Below are positions 11,049-24,397 of a stretch of DNA of 64,000 nt, in pieces. The stretch spans positions 48,734,852 to 48,798,851 of the forward strand of contig NC_133620.1 in assembly GCF_048593235.1 (NCBI RefSeq), written 5' to 3'. The translations under genes were made by a program, and so were the position numbers. Under the pieces are notes generated by a model. It had not been told where the DNA came from. It was given only the letters and a program-made list of their open reading frames with translations, and made no database searches. The stretch comes from Sminthopsis crassicaudata (taxonomy: Eukaryota). The stretch's first letter is position 1, and each line of letters opens with the position of its first letter.

Positions 11049-11312
11049 CGAACTTTCCCGAAGTCCTAGACACAGATCTCACTCCTATGACATCACCTTC
11101 TAGGCCCCCTCCCCTCCGTCCACTAGCTCCAGCCAGAACCGCGGAGAATTTGCTGGAGAAGGCGAGTTCTCAGTTCTGATTGGTCAGAGCAAGCGGAGGG
11201 GGCGGAATTGCTCAAAGCGCCGGTGCCAGCTCTGGGCTGTTCAAGAAGGCGCCCGAAGGTTCCCGGGCAGAGGAGGAGGGAAGGAGGCGGGGCTGGGGCA
11301 GCTGCATAAATA
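11049..11312 (+). promoter_or_regulatory. Heat-shock promoter of copy 2
   Basis: Perfect 3-unit HSE cGAAc tTTCc cGAAg (11049-11063), TGACATCA CRE-like site, inverted CCAAT (ATTGG), GC boxes, proximal gap-type HSE (11239-11263) and CATAAATA (11305-11312). Confidence 0.9.
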
Positions 11313-11516
11313 GGCAGGACCTGAGCTGGCCCGGCACATCCCAGCTGAGCATCCACAGAGAGCCAGAGCTCCAGCCGCAGCAGAGAGGCACACGACCGGT
11401 CCGCGTCCTTCCTCCAGCGAGACCGAGAGCATCCGAACGTCAGCCAGCCACCTTTCTCCTGAGACTTCTGCTCCGCACTCCCGGGAAAGAGCAAGGGAAG
11501 GAGTCCTGCCGCGATC

Positions 11517-13448
11517 ATGTCTGCTCCCAAGGGCACGGCNNNNNNNNNNNNNNNNNNNNNNNNNNNNNNNNNNNNNNNNNNNNNNNNNNNNNNNNNNNNN
11601 NNNNNNNNNNNNNNNNNNNNNNNNNNNNNNNNNNNNNNNNNNNNNNNNNNNNNNNNNNNNNNNNNNNNNNNNNNNNNNNNCGCGGCGAAAAACCAGGTGG
11701 CCATGAACCCGCAGAATACGGTGTTTGACGCCAAGCGGCTGATCGGCCGCAAGTTCTCCGACCAGGTGGTGCAGTCCGACATGAAGCACTGGCCCTTCCA
11801 GGTGGTGAGTGAGGCCGGGAAGCCCAAGGTGCGGGTGTCCTACAAGGGGGAGAGCAAGTCCTTCTACCCCGAGGAGATCTCGTCCATGGTGCTGAGCAAG
11901 ATGAAGGAGACTGCCGAGGCCTATCTGGGCCAGCCGGTCAGCAACGCGGTCATCACGGTGCCGGCGTACTTCAACGACTCCCAGCGCCAGGCCACCAAGG
12001 ACGCCGGGGCCATAGCCGGCCTCAACGTGCTGAGGATCATCAACGAGCCCACGGCGGCGGCCATCGCCTACGGGCTGGACAGGTCGGGCGCAGGAGAAAG
12101 GAACGTGCTCATCTTCGACCTGGGCGGGGGCACCTTCGATGTGTCCGTGCTCACCATCGACAACGGCATCTTCGAGGTGAAAGCCACGGCGGGGGACACC
12201 CACCTGGGCGGGGAGGACTTTGACAATCGCCTGGTGAACCACTTCGTGGAGGAGTTTAAGCGCAAATACGGGAAGGACCTGAGCCAGAACAAGCGCGCCC
12301 TGAGGAGGCTGCGCACAGCTTGTGAAAGGGCCAAGCGCACCCTGTCCTCCAGCACCCAGGCGAACCTGGAGATCGATTCCCTGTACGAGGGCACGGACTT
12401 TTACACCACGATTACTCGGGCTCGCTTTGAGGAGCTGTGCTCAGACCTCTTCAGGGGGACCCTGGAGCCGGTGGAGAAGGCCCTGCGGGATGCCCGCATG
12501 GACAAGAGCCAGATCCAGGACATCGTGCTGGTCGGGGGCTCCACCCGCATCCCCAAGGTGCAGAAGCTGCTCCAGGACTTCTTCAATGGCAAGGAGCTGA
12601 ACAAGAGCATTAACCCGGACGAAGCGGTGGCTTACGGGGCGGCCGTGCAGGCGGCCGTGCTGATGGGAGATAGGTCCGAAAAGGTACAGGATCTCTTGCT
12701 CCTCGACGTGACGCCCCTGTCCCTGGGTCTCGAGACGGCAGGGGGGGTGATGACAACGCTGATCCAGAGGAACTCCACCATCCCCAGCAAGCAGACGCAG
12801 ACCTTCACCACGTACTCGGACAACCAGCCGGGAGTGCTGATCCAGGTGTACGAAGGCGAGCGAGCCATGACCCGGGACAACAACCTGCTGGGTCGCTTTG
12901 AGCTGTCGGGCATCCCTCCCGCGCCTCGGGGGGTCCCCCAGGTCGAGGTCACCTTTGACATCGACGCCAACGGCATCTTGAACGTCTCGGCCACGGACAA
13001 AAGCACGGGCAAGGCCAACAGGATCACCATCACCAACGACAAGGGCCGGCTGAGCAAGGAGCAGGTGGAGAGGATGGTGCGGGAGGCGGAGAAGTACAAG
13101 GCCGAAGACGAGGCTCAGCGGGAAAGGGTGACTGCCAAGAACTCGCTGGAGTCCTATGCCTTCCAGGTCAAGAGTGCCATGCGGGAGGACGGCCTTCGAG
13201 ACAAGGTCCCGGAGGAAGACAAGAGGAAGGTGCTGGACAAGTGCGAGCAAGTCCTTTCCTGGCTGGATGCCAACCAGCTGGCCGACAAGGAGGAGTTTGA
13301 GCACCAGAAGAAGGAACTGGAGAGGGTGTGCCAGCCCATCATTGCCCGGCTCTACCAGGCACCTGGTTCTCAGGGAGGGAACAGCTGTGGCGCCCAGGCC
13401 CGCCATTCCCATCCCACCTCTGGGCCCACCATTGAAGAGGTGGATTAG
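11517..13448 (+). CDS. HSPA6: HSPA6-like HSP70, copy 2 (643 aa)
   Basis: Same protein as copy 1 except D584. 141 N in frame. Confidence 0.92.
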   Translation: MSAPKGTXXXXXXXXXXXXXXXXXXXXXXXXXXXXXXXXXXXXXXXXXXXXXXXXAAKNQVAMNPQNTVFDAKRLIGRKFSDQVVQSDMKHWPFQVVSEAGKPKVRVSYKGESKSFYPEEISSMVLSKMKETAEAYLGQPVSNAVITVPAYFNDSQRQATKDAGAIAGLNVLRIINEPTAAAIAYGLDRSGAGERNVLIFDLGGGTFDVSVLTIDNGIFEVKATAGDTHLGGEDFDNRLVNHFVEEFKRKYGKDLSQNKRALRRLRTACERAKRTLSSSTQANLEIDSLYEGTDFYTTITRARFEELCSDLFRGTLEPVEKALRDARMDKSQIQDIVLVGGSTRIPKVQKLLQDFFNGKELNKSINPDEAVAYGAAVQAAVLMGDRSEKVQDLLLLDVTPLSLGLETAGGVMTTLIQRNSTIPSKQTQTFTTYSDNQPGVLIQVYEGERAMTRDNNLLGRFELSGIPPAPRGVPQVEVTFDIDANGILNVSATDKSTGKANRITITNDKGRLSKEQVERMVREAEKYKAEDEAQRERVTAKNSLESYAFQVKSAMREDGLRDKVPEEDKRKVLDKCEQVLSWLDANQLADKEEFEHQKKELERVCQPIIARLYQAPGSQGGNSCGAQARHSHPTSGPTIEEVD

Positions 13449-14029
13449 ATGAGGGACTTTGGCTGGCTAGGGGATTGTGAGCTAATGAACAACAGGTGCA
13501 CGTGCTGCTGGTGTCTCCAGAGGAAGCGTCAGCATTCTGTTCTTTTCCCAACTGCTATCTCTGGACAGCTTTGTTGTGAGCAGGCCCGCCTTTGGGCATC
13601 CTGACTTTTTGACTTTTTCTTTCAACTCTTCCCTTCTCAACAGGGGAAGCAAAAGCTTGTTTATTTCGTTCTTTCTCTGACTGCTGTCAATATGTATGTT
13701 TTCTTATTTAAATCTGTTTCAATAATTTATGAGAAAATGTTTTGTATCATTTATTTAGAATATTTCAATAAACTATGAAAGGAAATTACTAAGTTGTCTC
13801 TGTTGCAAGGATAGAAAGAGTGTTTTAAAAATTATTTAAAAATTCATTTATTATTGGTAACCTTGTTTTATATCATTTTCATTTCCAATGAGCTATGGAT
13901 TTAAAGGGGGGGGGGCAGGAGAATGGTAACAATTCAGTAAAACTAGTGAACACAGGAAGTCTCATTCATATATTTCACACTTACATTTCCCCAAACTTTG
14001 AAATGAGGGCAGGGTACATACTTCTTAAT

Positions 14030-14758
14030 TCCCTTTTATTTCTATTTTTCCTCTTTCTTTCTCTTTCTCTGTCTTTCCCCATTCCCTCTCTCTCTTCCTC
14101 CCTTCTCTTTCTCTCTATCTCTTCTCCCCCTTTGTTTTTCTCCTCTCTCTTTCTGTCTCTCTGTGTGTCTCNNNNNNNNNNNNNNNNNNNNNNNNNNNNN
14201 NNNNNNNNNNNNNNNNNNNNNNNNNNNNNNNNNNNNNNNNNNNNNNNNNNNNNNNNNNNNNNNNNNNNNNNNNNNNNNNNNNNNNNNNNNNNNNNNNNNN
14301 NNNNNNNNNNNNNNNNNNNNNNNNNNNNNNNNNNTATCTGTCTGTGTGTGTCTGTCTGTCTCTCTGTGTCTGTCTGTCTCTGTGTGTCCCTGTCTGTCTT
14401 TCTGTCTCTGTGTCTCTGTCTTTCTGTGTGTCTCTCTCTTTGTGCCTGTCTCTTTCTGTGCCTCTGTCTGTCTCTGTGTGTTTTTGTCTGTGACTCTGTG
14501 TGTCTCTCTCTGTGTCTCTGGCTGTCTTTCTCTCTGTCTCTGTCTGCCTCTTTCTGTTTCTGTGTCTCTGTCTCTGTCCCTCTCCATCTCTGTCTGTCTC
14601 TTTCTCTCTGTCTCTGTCTCTGTGTGTGTGTGTCTCTGTATCTGTCTCTGTATCTGTCTCTTTCTGTCTCTGTCCCTCTCTCTTTCTGTGTCTGTCTGTC
14701 TCTGTCTCTGTATGTCTGTTTGTCTGTTTATCTGTTTCTTTCTCTGTCTCTTCCCCTT
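14030..14758. repeat. ~730 bp TC/TG/TCTG compound low-complexity tract specific to B-type spacers (partly N-masked)
   Basis: Sits between CTTCTTAAT and CCACATCCC, where A-type spacers have only a few bases. Second copy at ~32285-33016. Confidence 0.85.
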
Positions 14759-17700
14759 TCCACATCCCTTACCTTTTCAAGTAGAAAAAAAGATAGAGGT
14801 GAGTTCATTCCTGGGGCTAAGAGAAGATAATGCAGCCCCTATGGCCTTTGAGGAGGCAGGTCAGTTTTAGTCTGTTGGGATGTTATAGCAAAGCAGACCA
14901 AGACATGACCTCTTTCTTGCAAGTACAAGGTAGTATATACTCTGCAATTGCCTCCATCCTTTATCTTGAATTATTTCCAGGCCTGGCCTGTTTTATCTTG
15001 GTCTGGGCTTACATCTATGTTCACAACTAGACTATAAGTAGTCTATATTTTAACAAAACATTCCACAGACATTTTGTAGATAACATCTGTTGCTTTCCCT
15101 CTTAGTTCTTATTCTCAGGAAACCATACTGTGGAAAAGTAACAAAAATAAATAACAAAAAAGTGACCAAAATAAAATCCATGGAAAATAAAATTTTAAAT
15201 TATAAATGTAAAATTCAACCAATTAGGAATGAGGAATGGAAGGGAACATATATGACAAACTTTAACTCTACTTTTATAGGTGAAGAAATTGACTACAAGA
15301 GGACTGTGACAGGCCTAAGGTCATATGTTAGTAAGCTATAAAATTGAGAATAGGTACCAAATGTCAGTTAGAATCATAAGGCTTAGAAAGAATTTGTTTC
15401 CATTTTAAATATACCTTGGGTTGCACAGATATGTTTCTCTTGCCTTTGACAATAACTAAAAAGGGGGGAAATCCTTATAACTTACTGTTGAGAAATCAGT
15501 TTATCCTTACTAGAAAAAAAAAAGAAGAAAAAAAAAGAAAAAGCAAATGAAACATGTATTTTGCTCAACAAAAGGTGGAGGTAGAGTCAATCAAATTATT
15601 CCACAGTTTGAGTGTGGACAGTTCATATGCTAGGCCAGCTACCCTATCCAAGTGAGAATTCTTTTCTCCTGAATCAATCATAGGCCTCATTCTGACTTTT
15701 AGTTATGTCTGTCACCTCTCTAGCAGCAACAAGAGGAGGAAGATGACATTCTTGATTTTAAGGCCTCAGGTATTGTGGGTTTATCATTGTCTCTGTCTTT
15801 GCAGTGATTCATTGAAGTGATCAGGGTTGTATCAACTTTCAAAGTTGCTTTTCTTTATAATTTATTTTTGCCTTTTTTTTTTTTTGCTTAATAGTATTTT
15901 TCCCATTTACATGTAAAGATAGTTTTCAAAATTCATTTTTGTAAGATTTTTGAGCTCCAAAAATTTTTCCCACTCTCTTCCCTCCCCTCTCCCCAAGACA
16001 TCAAGCAATCTGATATACATTATATATATGATATTAAACATATTTTCATATTATAATGTTTTCATTAAAAAAGTTTTCTCCTAGTTCTCATTTCACTCAT
16101 TAATAATTCACAGTAGTCTCCTTAGTCAACTTGCAAACTCCCATTTTCTTATTTCTTCTAAAATATTTCAATACATTCATGTCATACTTTTTTTCAGTCA
16201 TTTATCAATAGATAAGCAGTCTCTTATATTCAGGTTTTTGGCTACTATAGATACAGCTCCTCACAAATCCTTTCTTTGATCTTTTTTGGGGTATAGGCCT
16301 CAAATTGGATATGATTCAAAGACTTTGCAGATTGTATGACAAAAACAATTGGTAAACTATTTTTTTCACAAAATTGGACATATTTTAGTCATGCCGACTC
16401 TACTTGTTAACTTTTCCCATGATTTAGAATTGCCAAGTTTGTAATAAAATGGAATTTGAATTAGAATTTCTGGAAATGTTGTACTCATCTTTTTGTCTCT
16501 GTAGTACTAGCAGTATGAGAGGTGGCAAAGTATACTGCAGACATGTCATACTTGATATGTGAACAACTGAGTTCAGCCCAAACCAGATTAAAATATAATT
16601 TGGAAATAGTTAACAAAACAAACAAAACAAAATAAATAAAAATACAATAAATATAGCAAATAAGAATTTTTCAAAACTAAATAAATATGCAGCCTGCAGG
16701 GATCCTTATGGACTTTTTTGTGCCCCTTGTTTATATTTGAGCCTGGAGTAGTTGATAGGAAGCCAGGAATATTTGGGTGCAAGATCTCCCTCTGACCTAT
16801 ACTAGAACCTACAGATGTCCCTTAACATTCTAGTGTTCCATAAAGCTCTCTATTACATTTGCCAAGAAAGTGCTGAATGAATGAATGAAATAAGCATTAT
16901 TAAACACTTACTGTATGCAAAGCGCCTGTGATAACAAGTAGAAAAGTAAGATTTTCACTTTTCTTGTGGAACTCACATTCTAACCACTAAGAACACACAT
17001 TTGGAAAGTCTCAACTCAACGTCAGATGCCTCATGTCTTCAGGGAGCAGCAGAATAACAATATTAATGCCTCTTCCTCTAATAAAGTCATATCAGTTTCT
17101 GATACTGAACCATTTGACAGGACCAAAAACTTTCCTTTCTAAATCTTGAATAGATGCTCCTAAGGGAGTAATTGCCAGACTGCATTTCCTTCACAGGGAT
17201 TACCTTCCAGACTTGCATTTCTTTACACTCATATTTTTCCTCATTCTGCTCATTTCACTATGTAGGAGCCCACAGTGGTGATCTACATTTTCTCTGAAAT
17301 GTTCATCATCTCCAACTCACAGGATCTCTCTCTTTTCTTAAGAGACCGTTCTTGATATCAGTGCTGGTGCCTTTTCTCTCAAACTCCCTTGTATATATTT
17401 TTATTTACAAATTTGATACTTGTGGTTCATGTTTTTCATATCTTCTTGTAGTTATCCCTATTAGAATGTAAGCTCTTGGTTAGTGGAAAGTGTTTCATTC
17501 TTTCTACTTATAGTCTTAATGCCCAACACAGTACAAAGTAATATAAGTAATAAATATTTATAAATTGGAACAACCCAAACCCATTTTTCAGACCAGAAGT
17601 ACAATTCAACAATGTTACAATGCCATTCAAATATTATCAATATGAAAATATTAAATTGTTTTCATGTTGACTGGTATACAATTTGACTTTAAACTATAGT

Positions 17701-17975
17701 CTGCTATTGATAATAGAAATAGTTACATTAAGTTTGGCATTTGATACCTGCCTCAGAGAAAATTAGAGCCTTCAGAGGACATTTAAGGTCACTTAAAAGA
17801 TGTAGCTTAACTACCCAATTCAATTCCATTTAGGTAAATGAACATCCATTAAGTTCCTGTAGAAATCACCAATGTTTCAATAAGACATCAGTGTTCTTCC
17901 CACTCAAAAATTTTTAAAAAGGCAAATTCCATTGAATATGACTACAGAGTACATATAAAATACTTGAGAGTCTAC

Positions 17976-19143
17976 TTTCCAGGATACACACAAAAATAAT
18001 AAATATACAACTGTTAACTGTATTCAGAAATAAAAATTGATTGAAATAATTGGAAAATATGAATTGCTCATGGGTAAGTTGGACCAATATAATAAAATGA
18101 CACTACTATATAAATCAATTTACTTATTCATTCCTATACCAACTGAAATACCAACAGATCAAGAGAACCTGAAAAATAATAATAAAATTCATGTTGGGGG
18201 GTGATGTCCAGAACCTAAACAGTATAATGATAAAAATTTTAGAATGACATGATTTTTAGTTAAGGAACTTACCACTGCTTGGAGTACTGATTTGGGACAC
18301 AAAATAACAAAAGGGTTAAAAGAATACAATTGGGGGAGGGAAGGGGAAATCTTTGTAAAATGAATCACTCATAAAGGTCTCATTTCCAAATTATGTAAAG
18401 AATTAATTCAAAATCATAAGAAAAAAAGGCCATTCCTCAATGGAGAAATGGTCTAAGGATATGAACAGATAGCTTTCAGGGCAGGAACTAGTAAGAGGCT
18501 AATAACAACCATATTAAAAAATTGTCCAAGCAATTACTAAAGCAATTATAAGGAGAGTCCATCTCCCATACATCAGAGTGGCAAAGATGATTTTAAAAAG
18601 GAATATGATAAAGAATGGATGGACTGTGTGAGAACAAATACACTGATGTATTTGCAATACACTGATGCATTATTTCCATTTTGGAAAGCAGTTTGGAATT
18701 ATACATTAAAATATACCAAAGATTGCTTGCCCTTTGACCCAGCTATTCCAGTACTAGGCCTATACTCAAAAGAGATTAAAGAAAGAGAAAATGATCCTTT
18801 TTTTCTGCAAAAAATAATGATAGCAATTCTATTTGTGGTAATAAAAAGGGGGGGGGAAGGAAATTAAGGGGCTGCTCATAAATTGAAGAATGGCTGAATA
18901 ATTAGTGGTATAAGAATATGAGATGACTAAACAGATATGGAAGAACTTTTATGAACAGAGTGAATGAGCATAATCAGAAAGTAACATCAATATTATAAAA
19001 ATGAAAAATTTGAAAACTTTTATAAACTAATTAAAAAAAAAAAAAGAACAGAACAAAGAGTATAATTTATACAACACTTTAAAAACCAACATGGCAAAAC
19101 ACGTTCTTCACTAGAGAATGGTGACAGATTTAGGATACAGAAT
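17976..19143 (+). mobile_element. Decayed L1 ORF2/3'UTR in B spacer, 3' end fused to promoter-upstream sequence by a deletion
   Basis: Homologous to 7805-8960. Ends GATTTAGGATACAGAAT and continues directly into the pyrimidine tract. Confidence 0.75.
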
Positions 19144-19643
19144 CCCTGGACTAACATCCCACTCCTACCCATCCTTTCTCCACTCCAGCGTTCCCTTCTT
19201 TTTTGCCTTCTCGCCTCCTTCCTCTTGTCTTCAGCACGTCATCCTCACTTCCCTTTTGCCTCCCTCCCCACCTCCTCCTTCTTCCAGTCCGATTTTTCAC
19301 ATCCCACTCTTTTTTGCTTCCCCCACATCCTCTCTTGTATCCCACATTCTTATTTCCAATTCATCCTCACTTTCCACTCTCCTTTTTTACCCCTCCCACT
19401 TTTCTTTTCCATCTTCACTTTCTATCCTCCTTTTTTGCCCGCCTCTTCTCCCACCCTCCTCTCCTGAGGTAGAGACTTTTCCCCGTCCCTTCCTAAAGAG
19501 GGGTGCCCGAGCACTTCATTTCAGGAGCCGATGCCTAGCTTGGGGCAGGGATGAAATCTCTGGGAAGGTCATTAAGAGATTCATTAGAACCACTCTCGCA
19601 AGGAAACACCCCTGCCTGACATGCCGCTGCCCGCGAAACACCG

Positions 19644-19907
19644 CGAACTTTCCCGAAGTCCTAGACACAGATCTCACTCCTATGACATCACCTTCTAGGC
19701 CCCCTCCCCTCCGTCCACTAGCTCCAGCCAGAACCGCGGAGAATTTGCTGGAGAAGGCGAGTTCTCAGTTCTGATTGGTCAGAGCAAGCGGAGGGGGCGG
19801 AATTGCTCAAAGCGCCGGTGCCAGCTCTGGGCTGTTCAAGAAGGCGCCCGAAGGTTCCCGGGCAGAGGAGGAGGGAAGGAGGCGGGGCTGGGGCAGCTGC
19901 ATAAATA
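19644..19907 (+). promoter_or_regulatory. Heat-shock promoter of copy 3
   Basis: Perfect HSE 19644-19658, inverted CCAAT, proximal HSE 19834-19858, CATAAATA 19900-19907. Confidence 0.9.
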
Positions 19908-20111
19908 GGCAGGACCTGAGCTGGCCCGGCACATCCCAGCTGAGCATCCACAGAGAGCCAGAGCTCCAGCCGCAGCAGAGAGGCACACGACCGGTCCGCG
20001 TCCTTCCTCCAGCGAGACCGAGAGCATCCGAACGTCAGCCAGCCACCTTTCTCCTGAGACTTCTGCTCCGCACTCCCGGGAAAGAGCAAGGGAAGGAGTC
20101 CTGCCGCGATC

Positions 20112-22043
20112 ATGTCTGCTCCCAAGGGCACGGCNNNNNNNNNNNNNNNNNNNNNNNNNNNNNNNNNNNNNNNNNNNNNNNNNNNNNNNNNNNNNNNNNN
20201 NNNNNNNNNNNNNNNNNNNNNNNNNNNNNNNNNNNNNNNNNNNNNNNNNNNNNNNNNNNNNNNNNNNNNNNNNNNCGCGGCGAAAAACCAGGTGGCCATG
20301 AACCCGCAGAATACGGTGTTTGACGCCAAGCGGCTGATCGGCCGCAAGTTCTCCGACCAGGTGGTGCAGTCCGACATGAAGCACTGGCCCTTCCAGGTGG
20401 TGAGTGAGGCCGGGAAGCCCAAGGTGCGGGTGTCCTACAAGGGGGAGAGCAAGTCCTTCTACCCCGAGGAGATCTCGTCCATGGTGCTGAGCAAGATGAA
20501 GGAGACTGCCGAGGCCTATCTGGGCCAGCCGGTCAGCAACGCGGTCATCACGGTGCCGGCGTACTTCAACGACTCCCAGCGCCAGGCCACCAAGGACGCC
20601 GGGGCCATAGCCGGCCTCAACGTGCTGAGGATCATCAACGAGCCCACGGCGGCGGCCATCGCCTACGGGCTGGACAGGTCGGGCGCAGGAGAAAGGAACG
20701 TGCTCATCTTCGACCTGGGCGGGGGCACCTTCGATGTGTCCGTGCTCACCATCGACAACGGCATCTTCGAGGTGAAAGCCACGGCGGGGGACACCCACCT
20801 GGGCGGGGAGGACTTTGACAATCGCCTGGTGAACCACTTCGTGGAGGAGTTTAAGCGCAAATACGGGAAGGACCTGAGCCAGAACAAGCGCGCCCTGAGG
20901 AGGCTGCGCACAGCTTGTGAAAGGGCCAAGCGCACCCTGTCCTCCAGCACCCAGGCGAACCTGGAGATCGATTCCCTGTACGAGGGCACGGACTTTTACA
21001 CCACGATTACTCGGGCTCGCTTTGAGGAGCTGTGCTCAGACCTCTTCAGGGGGACCCTGGAGCCGGTGGAGAAGGCCCTGCGGGATGCCCGCATGGACAA
21101 GAGCCAGATCCAGGACATCGTGCTGGTCGGGGGCTCCACCCGCATCCCCAAGGTGCAGAAGCTGCTCCAGGACTTCTTCAATGGCAAGGAGCTGAACAAG
21201 AGCATTAACCCGGACGAAGCGGTGGCTTACGGGGCGGCCGTGCAGGCGGCCGTGCTGATGGGAGATAGGTCCGAAAAGGTACAGGATCTCTTGCTCCTCG
21301 ACGTGACGCCCCTGTCCCTGGGTCTCGAGACGGCAGGGGGGGTGATGACAACGCTGATCCAGAGGAACTCCACCATCCCCAGCAAGCAGACGCAGACCTT
21401 CACCACGTACTCGGACAACCAGCCGGGAGTGCTGATCCAGGTGTACGAAGGCGAGCGAGCCATGACCCGGGACAACAACCTGCTGGGTCGCTTTGAGCTG
21501 TCGGGCATCCCTCCCGCGCCTCGGGGGGTCCCCCAGGTCGAGGTCACCTTTGACATCGACGCCAACGGCATCTTGAACGTCTCGGCCACGGACAAAAGCA
21601 CGGGCAAGGCCAACAGGATCACCATCACCAACGACAAGGGCCGGCTGAGCAAGGAGCAGGTGGAGAGGATGGTGCGGGAGGCGGAGAAGTACAAGGCCGA
21701 AGACGAGGCTCAGCGGGAAAGGGTGACTGCCAAGAACTCGCTGGAGTCCTATGCCTTCCAGGTCAAGAGTGCCATGCGGGAGGACGGCCTTCGAGACAAG
21801 GTCCCGGAGGAAGACAAGAGGAAGGTGCTGGACAAGTGCGAGCAAGTCCTTTCCTGGCTGGATGCCAACCAGCTGGCCGACAAGGAGGAGTTTGAGCACC
21901 AGAAGAAGGAACTGGAGAGGGTGTGCCAGCCCATCATTGCCCGGCTCTACCAGGCACCTGGTTCTCAGGGAGGGAACAGCTGTGGCGCCCAGGCCCGCCA
22001 TTCCCATCCCACCTCTGGGCCCACCATTGAAGAGGTGGATTAG
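20112..22043 (+). CDS. HSPA6: HSPA6-like HSP70, copy 3 (643 aa)
   Basis: Translation identical to copy 2. Confidence 0.92.
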   Translation: MSAPKGTXXXXXXXXXXXXXXXXXXXXXXXXXXXXXXXXXXXXXXXXXXXXXXXXAAKNQVAMNPQNTVFDAKRLIGRKFSDQVVQSDMKHWPFQVVSEAGKPKVRVSYKGESKSFYPEEISSMVLSKMKETAEAYLGQPVSNAVITVPAYFNDSQRQATKDAGAIAGLNVLRIINEPTAAAIAYGLDRSGAGERNVLIFDLGGGTFDVSVLTIDNGIFEVKATAGDTHLGGEDFDNRLVNHFVEEFKRKYGKDLSQNKRALRRLRTACERAKRTLSSSTQANLEIDSLYEGTDFYTTITRARFEELCSDLFRGTLEPVEKALRDARMDKSQIQDIVLVGGSTRIPKVQKLLQDFFNGKELNKSINPDEAVAYGAAVQAAVLMGDRSEKVQDLLLLDVTPLSLGLETAGGVMTTLIQRNSTIPSKQTQTFTTYSDNQPGVLIQVYEGERAMTRDNNLLGRFELSGIPPAPRGVPQVEVTFDIDANGILNVSATDKSTGKANRITITNDKGRLSKEQVERMVREAEKYKAEDEAQRERVTAKNSLESYAFQVKSAMREDGLRDKVPEEDKRKVLDKCEQVLSWLDANQLADKEEFEHQKKELERVCQPIIARLYQAPGSQGGNSCGAQARHSHPTSGPTIEEVD

Positions 22044-23818
22044 ATGAGGGACTTTGGCTGGCTAGGGGATTGTGAGCTAATGAACAACAGGTGCACGTGC
22101 TGCTGGTGTCTCCAGAGGAAGCGTCAGCATTCTGTTCTTTTCCCAACTGCTATCTCTGGACAGCTTTGTTGTGAGCAGGTCCGCCTTTGGGCATCCTGAC
22201 TTTTTGACTTTTTCTTTCAACTCTTCCCTTCTCAACAGGGGAAGCAAAAGATTGCTTATTTCGTTCTTTCTCTGACTGCTGTCAATATGTATGTTTTCTT
22301 ATTTAAATCTGTTTCAATAGTTTATGAGAAAAAATTTGTATTATTTATTTAGAATATTTCAATAAACTGTAAAAAGTAATTACTAATTTGTCTCTGCTGC
22401 CAATTAAGTATCATTAGAGCAAGGATAGAATTATAGTTTTAAAACATTATTTAAAATTTATTTTTATTGGTAATTTTTTGTGTTATGTCATTTCCATTTC
22501 CAAATATGTCATTCATTTAACTGGTGAGCTATGGATTTTTTTTTTTTTTTTTAATGGAGCAGGAAAATGGTAACAGTTCAGCAAAACACATGAACACATC
22601 AAGTCTTACTCAGAGTTACTCACACCTACATTACACCAAACTTTGAAATGAGGGCAGGGCCCACTCAATTTTTAATGTACCACATCTCATACCTTTCTGA
22701 GTGGGAAAAAAAAGTCAGAGGTGATTTCATTCTTGGGGCTAAGAGAAAATGATGGCTCCTTTATGGCCTTGGAGGGGGCAAGTCAGTGTAGTAAGTTGGG
22801 ATGTTATTCTAAGTCTAAGGTAGTATATGCTCAGCAATTGTTTCCCTCCTTGAATTTGAATTGTTTCCAGACTTGCCAGTATGTTCAGAACTAGACTACA
22901 AACAATGTGTAAGTTAAGAAAGAGTCCACATACATTCTCCAGATAATATCTGTCACTTTCTCTCTTAGTTCTTTTTCTTAGGAAACCATACTATGAAAAA
23001 ATAATAAACTAATAAATAAAAATAAAATCCACTAAAAATAAAATTTAAAGTTATAAATATAAAATCCAATAAAATAGAATTCAGAAATTAAAGGAAAATA
23101 TATGACAAACTTTAACTCTGTTTTTACAGGTGAAGAAACTAAACACAAGAGATATGTGACAGGCCTCCTACCATATAATTAGTAAACTATAGAGCTGTGA
23201 ATGTGTACTAAAGGTTACTTGGAGTCATAAGGCTCGGAAAGAATTTGGTTCCATTTTCAATAACCCTTGGGTTGCACAAATATGTCCCTTGGCTTTGACA
23301 GTAGCCAAAAGAGGGGGAAAATCCTTATGATTTACTTTTGAACTCTTGAGAAATCAGTTTATCCTCATAAGAAAAAATAAAAAAGTTGAAACATGTATTT
23401 TGCTCATGAAAAGGTGGAGGTAGAATCAATCAAATTATCCTATACTTTGATTGTGTGCAGTCCATATGTTAGGCCAGCTACCCTACCCAAGTGGTTCTGC
23501 TGAATCAGTCATAGGCCTCAGTCTAACTTTTATTTATGTCTGTCACCTCTCTAGCAGCAGCAAGAGGAGGAGGAAGAAAACATTCTAGATTTTAAGGCCT
23601 CAGGTATTGTGGGTTTATCATTGCAGTGATCAGGGTTGTATAAACTTTCAAAGTTGCTTTTCTTTATAATTTTTTTTTCTTAATAGTATTTTTCCCATTT
23701 ACATGTAAAGATAGTTTTCAACATTGATTTTTGTAAGATTTTTGAGCTCCAAATTTTTTTCTTACCCTCTTTTCCCTCCCTTCTCCCCAAACAGCAGTCT
23801 AATATAGATTATATATTA

Positions 23819-23860
<42 letters not shown>

Positions 23861-23934
23861 CATATATATATATATATGATCATGTTCAGCATATTTCTAC
23901 ATTATAGTGTTTTTATTCAAAAGTTTTCTCCTAG

Positions 23935-24397
23935 ATCATTATATACATCAACAATAATACTATATGATGATCAATTCTGATGGACGTGGCCCTCTTCAAC
24001 AATGAGATGAACCAAATCAGCTCCAATAGAGCAGTAATGAACTGAACCAGCTACATCCAGTGAAAGAACTCTGGGAGATGACTATGAACCACTACATAGA
24101 ATTTCCAATCCCTCTAATTTTGTCCGCCAGCATTTTGGATTTCCTTCACAGGCTAAATGTTCACTATTTCATAGTCCTATTCTTTTTGTTCAGCAAAACA
24201 ACTGTTTGATCATGTATACATATATTGTATTTAATTTATACTCTTAACATATTTAACATGTATTGGTCAGCCTGCCATCTGCGGGGGGGGGGGCAGGGAA
24301 AGAGGGGAAAATTGGAAAAAAAAGTTTTGGCAATTGTCAATATTGTAAAATTACCCATGCAAATATCTGGTAAATAAAAATTATTATTATTTTAAGA
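23935..24397 (+). mobile_element. 5'-truncated L1 3' end private to spacer 3
   Basis: 16-bp TSD AAAAGTTTTCTCCTAG (23919-23934 / 24398-24413). Has the G-rich tract, AATAAA and A/T-rich tail typical of a marsupial L1 3'UTR. Confidence 0.85.

Noticed and set aside
13895-14870. 200-325 aa ORFs on both strands (also 32151-33128)
   Set aside because: Microsatellite and N-run read-through (SLSLCV/ERDRD repeats).
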